Source: Usitatibacteraceae bacterium (GTDB lineage Bacteria > Pseudomonadota > Gammaproteobacteria > Burkholderiales > Usitatibacteraceae). From it: a DNA stretch of 64,000 nucleotides. The stretch spans positions 10,760-74,759 of the forward strand of contig JBGATH010000006.1 of the NCBI GenBank assembly GCA_044229235.1, read 5' to 3'. Numbering within the stretch: position 1 is the first letter of the stretch; every line of letters begins with the position of its first letter. The translations under genes were made by a program, and so were the position numbers. The notes beneath the pieces were generated by a model. The model was not told where the DNA came from. It ran no database searches and saw nothing but the letters and a program-made list of their open reading frames with translations. Below are positions 48,751 to 56,415 of this stretch, piece by piece.

Positions 48751-50223
48751 ATGACATCCCGCCACGACCCCGAAGGCCTGCGCCTGCCGGTCAAGCTCGA
48801 CTCCACCTCCAACGGGGAGTACCAGCCGCTGCCATTGGCCCCGGTGCATCACCACGCCAATCATCTCGCGCACGAAACGGCCACGGCCAGCGCGAAAAAA
48901 CTCGGCGTGGATCGCCGCAGCTTCATGGTCTCGGCCTGTGGTGTGGCCGGCTCATTGCTCGGCATGAATGCGGCCTACGCGCAGGCCGGCAAGCGCGGCG
49001 GATTTTTCGAGATCGACAAGACCGCGGCACTGGACCAGGTGGCGGCCCGGTCTGCGCTGGATGGCAACGAGTTCATCTTTGATGTTCAAGGCCATTTCGT
49101 GAACCCGACCGGCGCGTGGATACGCCGCCTGCCACCGACCGCGCGACCGCTGCGTATGCCCAAGACCGCCGCCGATGGCAGCTGCGCGCCGGGAAAGGGC
49201 AAGGGCGACCTGGACTACCTGCAGTGCATCGGCCAGGACGAATTCATCAAGGACGTGTTCATGGATTCCGACACCGACCTGATGGTGCTGTCGTTTGTGC
49301 CGTCCAGGCGACTCGACGAACCACTCACCATCGAGGAGGCATTCGCCACCTCGCGCATCGTCGAAAAGCTCGATGGCACACACCGGCTCTATATCCACGG
49401 CCGGGTGAACCCGAACTCGCCGGGCGACATCGAGGCCATGGATGAACTTGCGGCGCGTTACAAGATTGCCGCGTGGAAGACCTATACGCAGTGGGGGCCG
49501 GACGGCAACGGTTTTTTCCTCGACGACGAGGTGGGCATCAAGTTCATCGACAAGGCCGTGAAGCTGGGCATTCGCAACATCGCCGTGCACAAGGGGCTCG
49601 CCTTCGGCAAGAAGTCTTATCAGCATTCCACCTGCGAGGACATCGGCCGAATTGCCAAGCGCTACCCACACGTGAATTTCCTGATCTATCACTCCGGCTT
49701 CGTGACCGATTCCGTGGAGGGGCCGTACGACGAGAAGCGTATCGATGGCATCGACGCGCTGGTGACCAGTCTCATCAAGAACAACGTGAAGCCGGGAAGC
49801 AATGTCTATGCTGAACTGGGTTCAACCTGGCGACTGTTGATGCGTGATCCGGACTCGGCGGCGCACGCGCTCGGCAAGTTGTTCAAGTACTGTGGGCCGG
49901 ATAATGTGTTGTGGGGAACCGATTCGATCTGGTATGGCTCGCCGCAGGACCAGATTCAGGCATTTCGCTCCTTTCAGATTGCCCCTGCGTTCCGCGACAA
50001 ATACGGCTACCCGCAAATGACGCCGGCCTTGCGCGCCAAGGTGTTCGGCCTGAATGCACTCAAGATCTATCCGGTGACGGATGAGGTGCTGAAGCAACAT
50101 GTTCGCAGCGACAGGGTGGCGCGCGAACGCGAAGAGTATCGCGAGCGGCCCGATCCCAGCTTTGTGACCTACGGCCCGCGCAATCGGCGTGAGTTTCTGA
50201 ACCTGAAGAAGTGGGAAGCGTAG
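48751..50223 (+). CDS. amidohydrolase-family protein with internal twin-arginine motif
   Basis: AGGAGG SD. DRRSFMVSACGVAGSLLGMNAAYAQ (Tat-like) lies about 53 aa into the ORF. The C-terminal 400 aa resemble the amidohydrolase_2 TIM barrel (..IAVHKG..YHSG..WGTDS). Confidence 0.75.
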   Translation: MTSRHDPEGLRLPVKLDSTSNGEYQPLPLAPVHHHANHLAHETATASAKKLGVDRRSFMVSACGVAGSLLGMNAAYAQAGKRGGFFEIDKTAALDQVAARSALDGNEFIFDVQGHFVNPTGAWIRRLPPTARPLRMPKTAADGSCAPGKGKGDLDYLQCIGQDEFIKDVFMDSDTDLMVLSFVPSRRLDEPLTIEEAFATSRIVEKLDGTHRLYIHGRVNPNSPGDIEAMDELAARYKIAAWKTYTQWGPDGNGFFLDDEVGIKFIDKAVKLGIRNIAVHKGLAFGKKSYQHSTCEDIGRIAKRYPHVNFLIYHSGFVTDSVEGPYDEKRIDGIDALVTSLIKNNVKPGSNVYAELGSTWRLLMRDPDSAAHALGKLFKYCGPDNVLWGTDSIWYGSPQDQIQAFRSFQIAPAFRDKYGYPQMTPALRAKVFGLNALKIYPVTDEVLKQHVRSDRVAREREEYRERPDPSFVTYGPRNRREFLNLKKWEA

Positions 50224-50354
50224 CGCCGGCTGCACCCAAGATCTGTCCGCGTGTGTCGTGGCGCGGTCGTCCAGCGCGGTTTCGCGCTATGTTTCGATTC
50301 CGACCGGGCGTGCGCTTCGCTGATTGGTCCCGGTCACCACCATGGGAGTTGTGC

Positions 50355-51164
50355 ATGCATAAATGGATTTGCAGGCTTTCGGTCAGCCTTCTTGCCGCCA
50401 CCGTGTTCGCCAGCAGCGCGGCGCCGGCACCGGGCGGCACGCCGCGCGCCGCTGCGCCAGTCCCGGTCTATGCGATTCTTTCGCTGGTCGGCGACCGACT
50501 CGACATCATCGTCCGGCGTACCCAGACAGGGACACACATCAACAACAACCTGCGCGACATGGTGCCGATCGCCGAACCGGTATTCGACAATTCTGCCGTG
50601 ACGGCTGCTGCGAAGGCGATCGCGCGGGCCCAGCCCAAGGCGGAGCTGGCCGCCATCAATACGCGCAGCGCGACGCTGTTCGACAAGCAGCGAAGCCTGT
50701 TTGTCGACGACAACGGTGTGCTGACGATGCCGGACGCCATTCGCGATGCGGTCCGTGCACAAGGTGCAACCCGGCTGATATTGATCCTGAAGCATCGTGA
50801 CGATGCCTTGTTCAAATTTGCCACGGGCACCCGTGACGGTGCCGGCAAGCTCGAAGGCCTGGGTTTTTACGTGGATGGCACGTGGGCGACGCGCACCCTG
50901 GACGAAGATACCGGAACCTACCGGATCGGCCAGGGATTCATCGCCCCCTACGCCTACATCAGCGTGATGCTTGCTGACTTTCCCTCCGGTGCCATTCGCG
51001 GCCGCAAGAACATGACGGGCTCGTTCATGGCCGGCGCGGGAGGGGCGGAGCGGGATATCGGCGAGCCGTGGAATGCGCTGTCTTCCGCGGACAAGGTTCG
51101 GCTGGTTAATCGGCTTGTCGAACGCGAAGTTGATGCCGCGGTGGCGGAGCTGGTCGCGAAGTAG
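50355..51164 (+). CDS. secreted hypothetical protein
   Basis: MHKWICRLSVSLLAATVFASSAA signal peptide; 269 aa; no family recognised. The ORF opens at 50211, but that part overlaps the preceding gene end. Confidence 0.6.
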   Translation: MHKWICRLSVSLLAATVFASSAAPAPGGTPRAAAPVPVYAILSLVGDRLDIIVRRTQTGTHINNNLRDMVPIAEPVFDNSAVTAAAKAIARAQPKAELAAINTRSATLFDKQRSLFVDDNGVLTMPDAIRDAVRAQGATRLILILKHRDDALFKFATGTRDGAGKLEGLGFYVDGTWATRTLDEDTGTYRIGQGFIAPYAYISVMLADFPSGAIRGRKNMTGSFMAGAGGAERDIGEPWNALSSADKVRLVNRLVEREVDAAVAELVAK

Positions 51165-51197
51165 CGCGATTCGCGCGGGCTGCGGGCACTCCAAATG

Positions 51198-51224
51198 AAA
51201 AAGGCGGACCGAAGTCCGCCTTTT
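51198..51224. terminator. bidirectional rho-independent terminator
   Basis: AAAAA-GGCGGAC-CGAA-GTCCGCC-TTTT between convergent genes. Confidence 0.8.
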
Positions 51225-51294
51225 CTTGTGCTGCAAATGTACTACCGGTTACTGCTGTGACTCCACCGTGAGTCCGACCAACCAGGAAATGTGT

Positions 51295-51528
51295 TCAGGC
51301 TTGGCTGGTTGCGCGCGGTGCGGTCACCACCATCGTTTCGAGTTTTACCGCCGGCGCGATGCGGGGGGCGGTGACGACGATGACGTCCAGTTTCTGTACG
51401 GCAGCCTTCGGTGCGGCTTCAGCAGCATTGCTGTTGAACAGTCCGCCGGCGACGAACAGCAGGCTGACGGCGAGGATGGTGGCGCTGGCGATGTTGTCTT
51501 TGTTGCTGCGGGTATTGATGGTGTTCAT
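51295..51528 (-). CDS. 77-aa exported mini-protein with two tandem TonB-box-like motifs
   Basis: AAGGAG lies 6 nt before the ATG. The signal-peptide-like N-terminus ends AEA, followed by KLDVIVVTAPR-IAPAV-KLETMVVTAPR. A terminator lies downstream. Confidence 0.7.
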   Translation of the reverse strand: MNTINTRSNKDNIASATILAVSLLFVAGGLFNSNAAEAAPKAAVQKLDVIVVTAPRIAPAVKLETMVVTAPRATSQA

Positions 51529-51695
51529 GTGTGGCTCCTTGTGGTCGGTGGTGGGTGCTGCGTTGTTGATGAGCGAACTTTACGACCCCACCACAAGGGG
51601 CTCAAACGGATTGCGACCAATCGCTGAAAGTGGCGCGCGGAACGCGGTTTTGACTGACGAATTGGATCGCGCTCACCGGCAATGACTGCCGGAAT

Positions 51696-52484
51696 CTAGG
51701 CTATTGGCGCGCTGCCTGGCGCTTGCCCAAAGGTCTTTTCGCCGAGCTTCGGCGCATTGACGTCGGCAAAAGCCAACATCGCACCAAAGCGCATATCGGC
51801 CGGTTCGTCGAAACCCGTTTCGCCTTCCCAGGTCTTCGGGTTTCGAAAAGTGCCAAACAGCATGTCCCACAGAGGGAAGTCGCTGTAGTTATAGCGGTGC
51901 AGGCCACGCTGATGGTGAATGCAGTGTGCCTCCGGACGCTGAAACAGGTAGCCGATCCATGGGGGAGTTCGCACGTTCCAGTGCTGGAAAAAAGCGTTGA
52001 AGGCGCCGAGATTGCCGAGAATGGCCGCAGCCAGCGGGTCGACGCCGAGTATGAACAGCGCCGTCAACACCGGCAGCAGTATGTACATCACCAGATCGGT
52101 CGGATGGCTGCAGTTGGCGGCATAGATATTGAGGTGGCGCGGCGAGTGATGCAGCTGGTGAAATCCGCGCCACAGCGGGTTGAATTCATGGCTGGCGCGA
52201 TGCCAGGCAAAGGTGACGAAGGTGATGATCATGTGGCCGATGAGCACACTGAGCAGCACGCCGACCGCAGACAGGTTGAAAAGTCGGTGCTCGCGCAGCC
52301 AGTCCTCGGGTATCAGCAGCGGCAGGACGGTATTCATGATCGCGCCGTAGAAAAACAGGCCGATGCCGATCCAGTGCCAGCGGCGGACTTTCGGAAACTT
52401 GCGGGCCGGCCAGATCAGCTCTATCACCAGCATGACAATGAATGCGACCGGAACCATCGCAACAATGATCTCTTCGACGCTCAT
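51696..52484 (-). CDS. fatty-acid hydroxylase / sterol desaturase superfamily membrane protein
   Basis: Di-iron His boxes HRASHE, HQLHHS, HCIHHQ. 4 TM helices in the N-terminal half. Confidence 0.85.
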   Translation of the reverse strand: MSVEEIIVAMVPVAFIVMLVIELIWPARKFPKVRRWHWIGIGLFFYGAIMNTVLPLLIPEDWLREHRLFNLSAVGVLLSVLIGHMIITFVTFAWHRASHEFNPLWRGFHQLHHSPRHLNIYAANCSHPTDLVMYILLPVLTALFILGVDPLAAAILGNLGAFNAFFQHWNVRTPPWIGYLFQRPEAHCIHHQRGLHRYNYSDFPLWDMLFGTFRNPKTWEGETGFDEPADMRFGAMLAFADVNAPKLGEKTFGQAPGSAPIA

Positions 52485-52606
52485 GGCGGCACCTCCCAGT
52501 TTTCAGTGAAATCATAACCGGCAGGAGATTTGATGTCGCCGGCACGCGCACTACGCAGGCTGGGTGCCGGCGGATGCGTTCGGGGCCAACCTTGGCGTTT
52601 GAAAGC

Positions 52607-52985
52607 AAAAAGGCGGACCGAAGTCCGCCTTTTCTTGTGCTGCAAATGTACTACCGGTTACTGCTGTGACTCCACCGTGAGTCCGACCAACCAGGACATG
52701 TGTTCAGGCTTGGCTGGTTGCGCGCGGTGCAGTGACGACCATCGTTTCGAGCTTCACGGCCGGCACGATGCGCGTGGCGGTGACGACGATGGTGTCCAAT
52801 TTTTGTACGGCAGCCTTCGGTGCGGCTTCAGCAGCATTGCTGTTGAGGCGCTGGCGATGTTGTCTTTGTTGCTGCGGGTATTGATGGTGTTCATGTGTGG
52901 CTCCTTGTGGTCGGTGGTGGGTGCTGCGTTGTTGATGAGCGAACTTTACGACCCCACCACAAGGGGCTCAAACGGATTGCGACCA
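52607..52985 (-). repeat. direct repeat unit 2
   Basis: See unit 1. It includes a second copy of the GGCGGAC-CGAA-GTCCGCC terminator at 52607-52633. Confidence 0.9.
52704..52894 (-). pseudogene. frameshifted paralogue of the TonB-box mini-gene
   Basis: A 43-bp deletion removes the hydrophobic core of the signal peptide and shifts the frame. The downstream old frame still reads AEAAPKAAVQKLDTIVVTATRIVPAVKLETMVVTAPRATSQA*. Confidence 0.7.
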
Positions 52986-53190
52986 AATGGCGAAAGTAGC
53001 GTGCGAAATGCAAACTACTGTGCTGAATTGCGTGTCGGGCGGGCGATTTCCGCCGGCTGGAGGGGCGCGGCGAGCGTTTCATGCACCTGCCGGTCGCAAA
53101 TTTCGATACCGGTGAAGCCGACGGAAAAAACGCGAAACAGGGCATTCCGACAGGCATACACTGGCCTGATCCCTGTCGAAGGAGAGACAC

Positions 53191-53706
53191 ATGAATAAAC
53201 TCGCGATGGCAATCCTGACGTCTGGCGCCGTGTTGATCGGTACGCAGGCACATGCTGCTGACGGTGCCGTGGTCGGCGCGGTCGAGGGCGCAATTGTGGG
53301 CAGCCATTTTGGCGGCGCACACGGCGCCGTGGCAGGCGCCATCATCGGTACCGTGATCGGCAGCGCGGTGGACGATAACGTCGATCGTCGCGGGCAAACC
53401 CGATATGCGCGCGAAGTGGTGCGGTATGAGCCCCGCTACGCGCCAGCCTATGAACCGACCCCGGTGTATTACGGGCCGACCGTGACCTATGCACAGCCGA
53501 TCTACCAACCGTACAACGAGCCGGCTTACGTGCGCTATGACGAGCCGCGCGTGGTCTACGTTCAACCGGCGGTTTATTCGTATCCGGTGGTCTATGGCGG
53601 CTATCGCGCGCCGCCATACGTGGGGCGCTACTCTGCGCCGCGCCACAGTCATTACGCGTCGTCGCGTCACGGTTACCACGACCGTCGTGGCGGCAACCGC
53701 TACTGA
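53191..53706 (+). CDS. glycine-zipper protein with Tyr/Pro-rich C-terminal tail
   Basis: GAAGGAGA SD; signal peptide ..GTQAHA; GAVVGAVEGAIVGSHFGGAHGAVAGAIIGTVIGSA; then about 110 aa rich in Y, P and R. Confidence 0.75.
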   Translation: MNKLAMAILTSGAVLIGTQAHAADGAVVGAVEGAIVGSHFGGAHGAVAGAIIGTVIGSAVDDNVDRRGQTRYAREVVRYEPRYAPAYEPTPVYYGPTVTYAQPIYQPYNEPAYVRYDEPRVVYVQPAVYSYPVVYGGYRAPPYVGRYSAPRHSHYASSRHGYHDRRGGNRY

Positions 53707-53744
53707 TCCAGGCGCTCGCCCGAACCGGGGCCAACACAAACGGC

Positions 53745-53778
53745 AAAACGGCGGACTTCGGTCCGCCGTTTGCGTTTT
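53745..53778. terminator. bidirectional rho-independent terminator
   Basis: AAAACGGCGGAC-TTCG-GTCCGCCGTTTGCGTTTT between convergent genes. Confidence 0.75.
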
Positions 53779-53817
53779 GGCATTCGGCCGGTGAATTGGA
53801 CCGAAGCTCGGCTTGCG

Positions 53818-55266
53818 CTAAAAATCCGGCTGCACCGGAATGGCCCTGTGCTGGTAGCCTTCACGCGGGAATCGATTGCCGCGCTTGATGGTCATGACGA
53901 TCGATTGCACATTCCTGATGTCAGCGGTCGGGTCGCTCTTCAGCAGCACCATGCTGGCATATTTGCCGGGCGCCAGTGTGCCGAAGTCGCCGGCCTTGCC
54001 GAGCGCGGTGGCGGCATTGCGCGTGGCGGCGACGATGGCTTCATATGGCGTGAGGCCGCCATGCTGTACCAGCGCCTCCAGCTCGGCGTGCAGCGCCGGC
54101 CAGGGATTGTTCTCACCGGCGTCGGCGTCGGTGCCGGCCAGGATCGGTACGCCGGCGGCGTGCATGGCGCGCGTGATGCCGCCGGCCAGCGCGATCGGGC
54201 AACGCGTGGAGGGCTTGGGTGTGCCGTCCGGATTTTTCTGTGGCTGATACACGCCCAGCGTGGCGTCCATCATCGTGCCGGATCGGGCCATGGCGGCGAT
54301 GTAGTTCACGATGCCGGGATCGGCCGCAGTGAGCTCCGCGTAGGAAGGCTCCTTACTATGCCCATAGCTTTGCTTGTCCGGCTCACGGATGTAGCGGGCA
54401 ACCATGCAGACATGCGATACCGACGTGGCACCGAGTGAATCATAGGGCGTAGCCGGATAAACCTGCTGGTGGGTCCACACCGGGAAGCCGCGCTGCCTGG
54501 CTGCGCTGATCAGGTTGCGCACCAGTTCGCCGGGCAGGTTGGCGTAGATTTTCAGGCCGGTGGCGCCAGTGCCGCGTGCCTGCGCGATCACGGCAGCCAG
54601 ATCGGATTTCTCCGTGACCGCATACAGCCAGGGTACGTCACCCGATTTCAGCCCCAGCGATGAGGACTGGGTACGTGGGTCCTCGAAGAAACTCGGACCT
54701 GCCACCAGCGCGCCGTAATAGATATCCGGCGACGGAATTTCATTGATCAGGGCTGCGCGCGACAGGTCGGCCAGGGCGCGTGCATCGCCGGCCATGTCGC
54801 GCACGCCGGTCACGCCGCCGTAGAGATTGCGCCGGAGCTCGGCTTCGGCCAGCGCGCGCGCCGGCCAGGTGGCGTAATGCACATGTGAATCGATTAGCCC
54901 GGGCATGGCGAACAGGTTGTTTGCCTCGACGACCTCGGCGCCCTGGCTGTCGGCGGCAGTGAGTTGCGCAACCGGAACGATCGACTGGATGCGCTCGCCG
55001 TCAACGACGATGGCTATTCCGGGTCTGGGGGCAGCCGTTGCGCCGTCGGCCGCACTGATGAGCGTGACGCCACGGTAGATGACTTTGCCAGTGGCCTGGC
55101 CGGCACGCTTCGCGAAGGTCGTCTTTGTCGGTTTGCCGCGATCGACCGCAGGGGCCGGCGGCGCCGCATTGGCACCCGGCGGCACAGGCGCAGCTTCATG
55201 TGAGAGTGTCGCGCAGCTTGACCATGTCGCGATCAGCAGCACCAATTTGCGAACAAATGGCTTCAT
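53818..55266 (-). CDS. secreted amidohydrolase-family metallohydrolase
   Basis: Signal peptide; GLIDSHVHY metal-binding motif; ..AGTDA.. near the C-terminus; 482 aa. Confidence 0.8.
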   Translation of the reverse strand: MKPFVRKLVLLIATWSSCATLSHEAAPVPPGANAAPPAPAVDRGKPTKTTFAKRAGQATGKVIYRGVTLISAADGATAAPRPGIAIVVDGERIQSIVPVAQLTAADSQGAEVVEANNLFAMPGLIDSHVHYATWPARALAEAELRRNLYGGVTGVRDMAGDARALADLSRAALINEIPSPDIYYGALVAGPSFFEDPRTQSSSLGLKSGDVPWLYAVTEKSDLAAVIAQARGTGATGLKIYANLPGELVRNLISAARQRGFPVWTHQQVYPATPYDSLGATSVSHVCMVARYIREPDKQSYGHSKEPSYAELTAADPGIVNYIAAMARSGTMMDATLGVYQPQKNPDGTPKPSTRCPIALAGGITRAMHAAGVPILAGTDADAGENNPWPALHAELEALVQHGGLTPYEAIVAATRNAATALGKAGDFGTLAPGKYASMVLLKSDPTADIRNVQSIVMTIKRGNRFPREGYQHRAIPVQPDF

Positions 55267-55345
55267 TGTTTCCCCACGGCAGGATTCGATTTGAGCCCTA
55301 CGCTAACCCACCACCGCGACCGACTCAACGTTTTTTTGTTGGCGG

Positions 55346-55414
55346 ACTCAATGGCCAAACTCAAGCATTGGCGCGCCTGCTGGCGGCTTTTTGGCCTGGG
55401 AGCCTCGCCAGTGC
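55346..55414. repeat. REP-like palindromic element, copy D
   Basis: CAAACTCAAGCATTGGCGCGCC...CGCCAGTGCTAGAGTTTTG; closest to copy C. Confidence 0.75.
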
Positions 55415-55526
55415 TAGAGTTTTGCCGCTGACTGTCATCCACCCGCCGGATCAAATCCGCGAGGATGCCGGCGCGCGTCCAAGCGGGAATGCCGGGCGCC
55501 TGCCCGGCTTCTCATGGAGTCTGAAC

Positions 55527-56351
55527 ATGCCCGTCTGGCCGTCGCGTCTCGTCGCTTTGATTTTCGCTTTGCTGGTCACCTGCCACGCCAGCGCCGATCC
55601 ACAACCGGGAACTTCCGCGGAGAAGCCCGCCAAGGTAATGCTGCTGGGCTTGTTCCACTTCGACAACCCCGGGCTCGACGCGGTCAAGTTCACGCCGATC
55701 GACGTCATGCAGGCAAAGGAGCAGGCTTACCTGCAGGCCTTGTCGACGCGCATTGCGGCCTTTAAGCCGACCAAGGTGCTCCTCGAATATCCGCAGCAGA
55801 GTGACGAACTCATCAACCAGCGCTATGCGGATTACCTCGCGGGCAGGTACGAACTGAAGTTGAACGAGATCTACCAGCTGGGCTTTCGCATTGCCAAGCT
55901 GGCCGGACTCAAGCGCGTGCATGGCTTCGACGAACGCGACTCGCCGTCCGATGGCGCGCTGTGGGAATACCTAGCGAAGGACGCGCCCGCGACCATGAAG
56001 GAAGTGGAAGAACTGATTGCCGCATTGTCCAGGCGTTTCCAGCACGAGCACCGCACCATGAGCCTGCGGGACCTTCTGCGCAAAAGCAATTCGCCGCAAG
56101 ACGACAATCTCAACAAGAGTTTCTACCTGATGCTAAACGACGTCGGCGCCAGCCAGCGCAAGTTTGTCGGCGCCGACGCGGCGGCGCAATGGTGGCAGCG
56201 AAATTTCCGCATGTATGCCAATGTGCAGCTTCACGCTGCCCCGGGTGAGCGTGTGGTGGTGATTGCCGGCGCCGGCCACACCGCCATCCTGCGCGACCTG
56301 GTGAAGGCGGATCCGAAGCGGGTGGAGGAGAAGGTGGCGCCGTACCTCTAG
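55527..56351 (+). CDS. secreted protein, possibly DUF5694 / TraB-GumN-ChaN-like
   Basis: GGAG SD; MPVWPSRLVALIFALLVTCHASA signal; ..VMLLGLFHFDNPGLD.. ...AGAGHTAIL. Family is from memory. The ORF's upstream 134 codons cross REP copy D and are rejected. Confidence 0.6.
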   Translation: MPVWPSRLVALIFALLVTCHASADPQPGTSAEKPAKVMLLGLFHFDNPGLDAVKFTPIDVMQAKEQAYLQALSTRIAAFKPTKVLLEYPQQSDELINQRYADYLAGRYELKLNEIYQLGFRIAKLAGLKRVHGFDERDSPSDGALWEYLAKDAPATMKEVEELIAALSRRFQHEHRTMSLRDLLRKSNSPQDDNLNKSFYLMLNDVGASQRKFVGADAAAQWWQRNFRMYANVQLHAAPGERVVVIAGAGHTAILRDLVKADPKRVEEKVAPYL

Positions 56352-56415
56352 TGACCGCAGCGCCGGCGCGACGCGGGCATTCCGGTCGCTGACCGGCGCG
56401 CTGAAGATTGGTTGC

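Larger units (their letters stand above)
51198..51620 (-). repeat. direct repeat unit 1 (terminator + 3'UTR + mini-gene + leader)
   Basis: Aligns with 52607-52985 (offset 1409). The leader, first 16 codons and 3'UTR are (near-)identical; there are 13 substitutions in the central ~110 nt; unit 2 lacks 43 bp. Confidence 0.9.

Noticed and set aside
48529-48873. 115-codon N-terminal extension of the SRPBCC ORF
   Set aside because: There is an AGGAGG SD and the canonical SRPBCC N-terminus at ATG 48528. The extension overlaps the divergent amidohydrolase start.
51226-51627. Plus-strand ORFs starting MCCKCTTGYCCDSTVSPTNQ.. in both repeat units (also 52530-53198), superficially like a Cys-rich RiPP precursor
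   Set aside because: They start at a TTG inside the terminator T-run with no SD, and they run antisense to the mini-gene, which has a strong SD and a signal peptide. The Cys-rich stretch is simply the reverse reading of the conserved 3'UTR. I kept the UTR conservation itself as a finding instead.
52891-53739. 282-aa minus-strand ORF opposite the Tyr/Pro-rich glycine-zipper gene
   Set aside because: It is Arg-rich antisense reading of a repetitive GC-rich gene. The plus-strand gene has an SD, a signal peptide and a glycine zipper.
55125-55526. 134-codon N-terminal extension of the DUF5694-like ORF
   Set aside because: It overlaps the 5' end of the convergently annotated amidohydrolase gene and reads through REP copy D. 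A GGAG SD and a signal peptide begin at ATG 55527.
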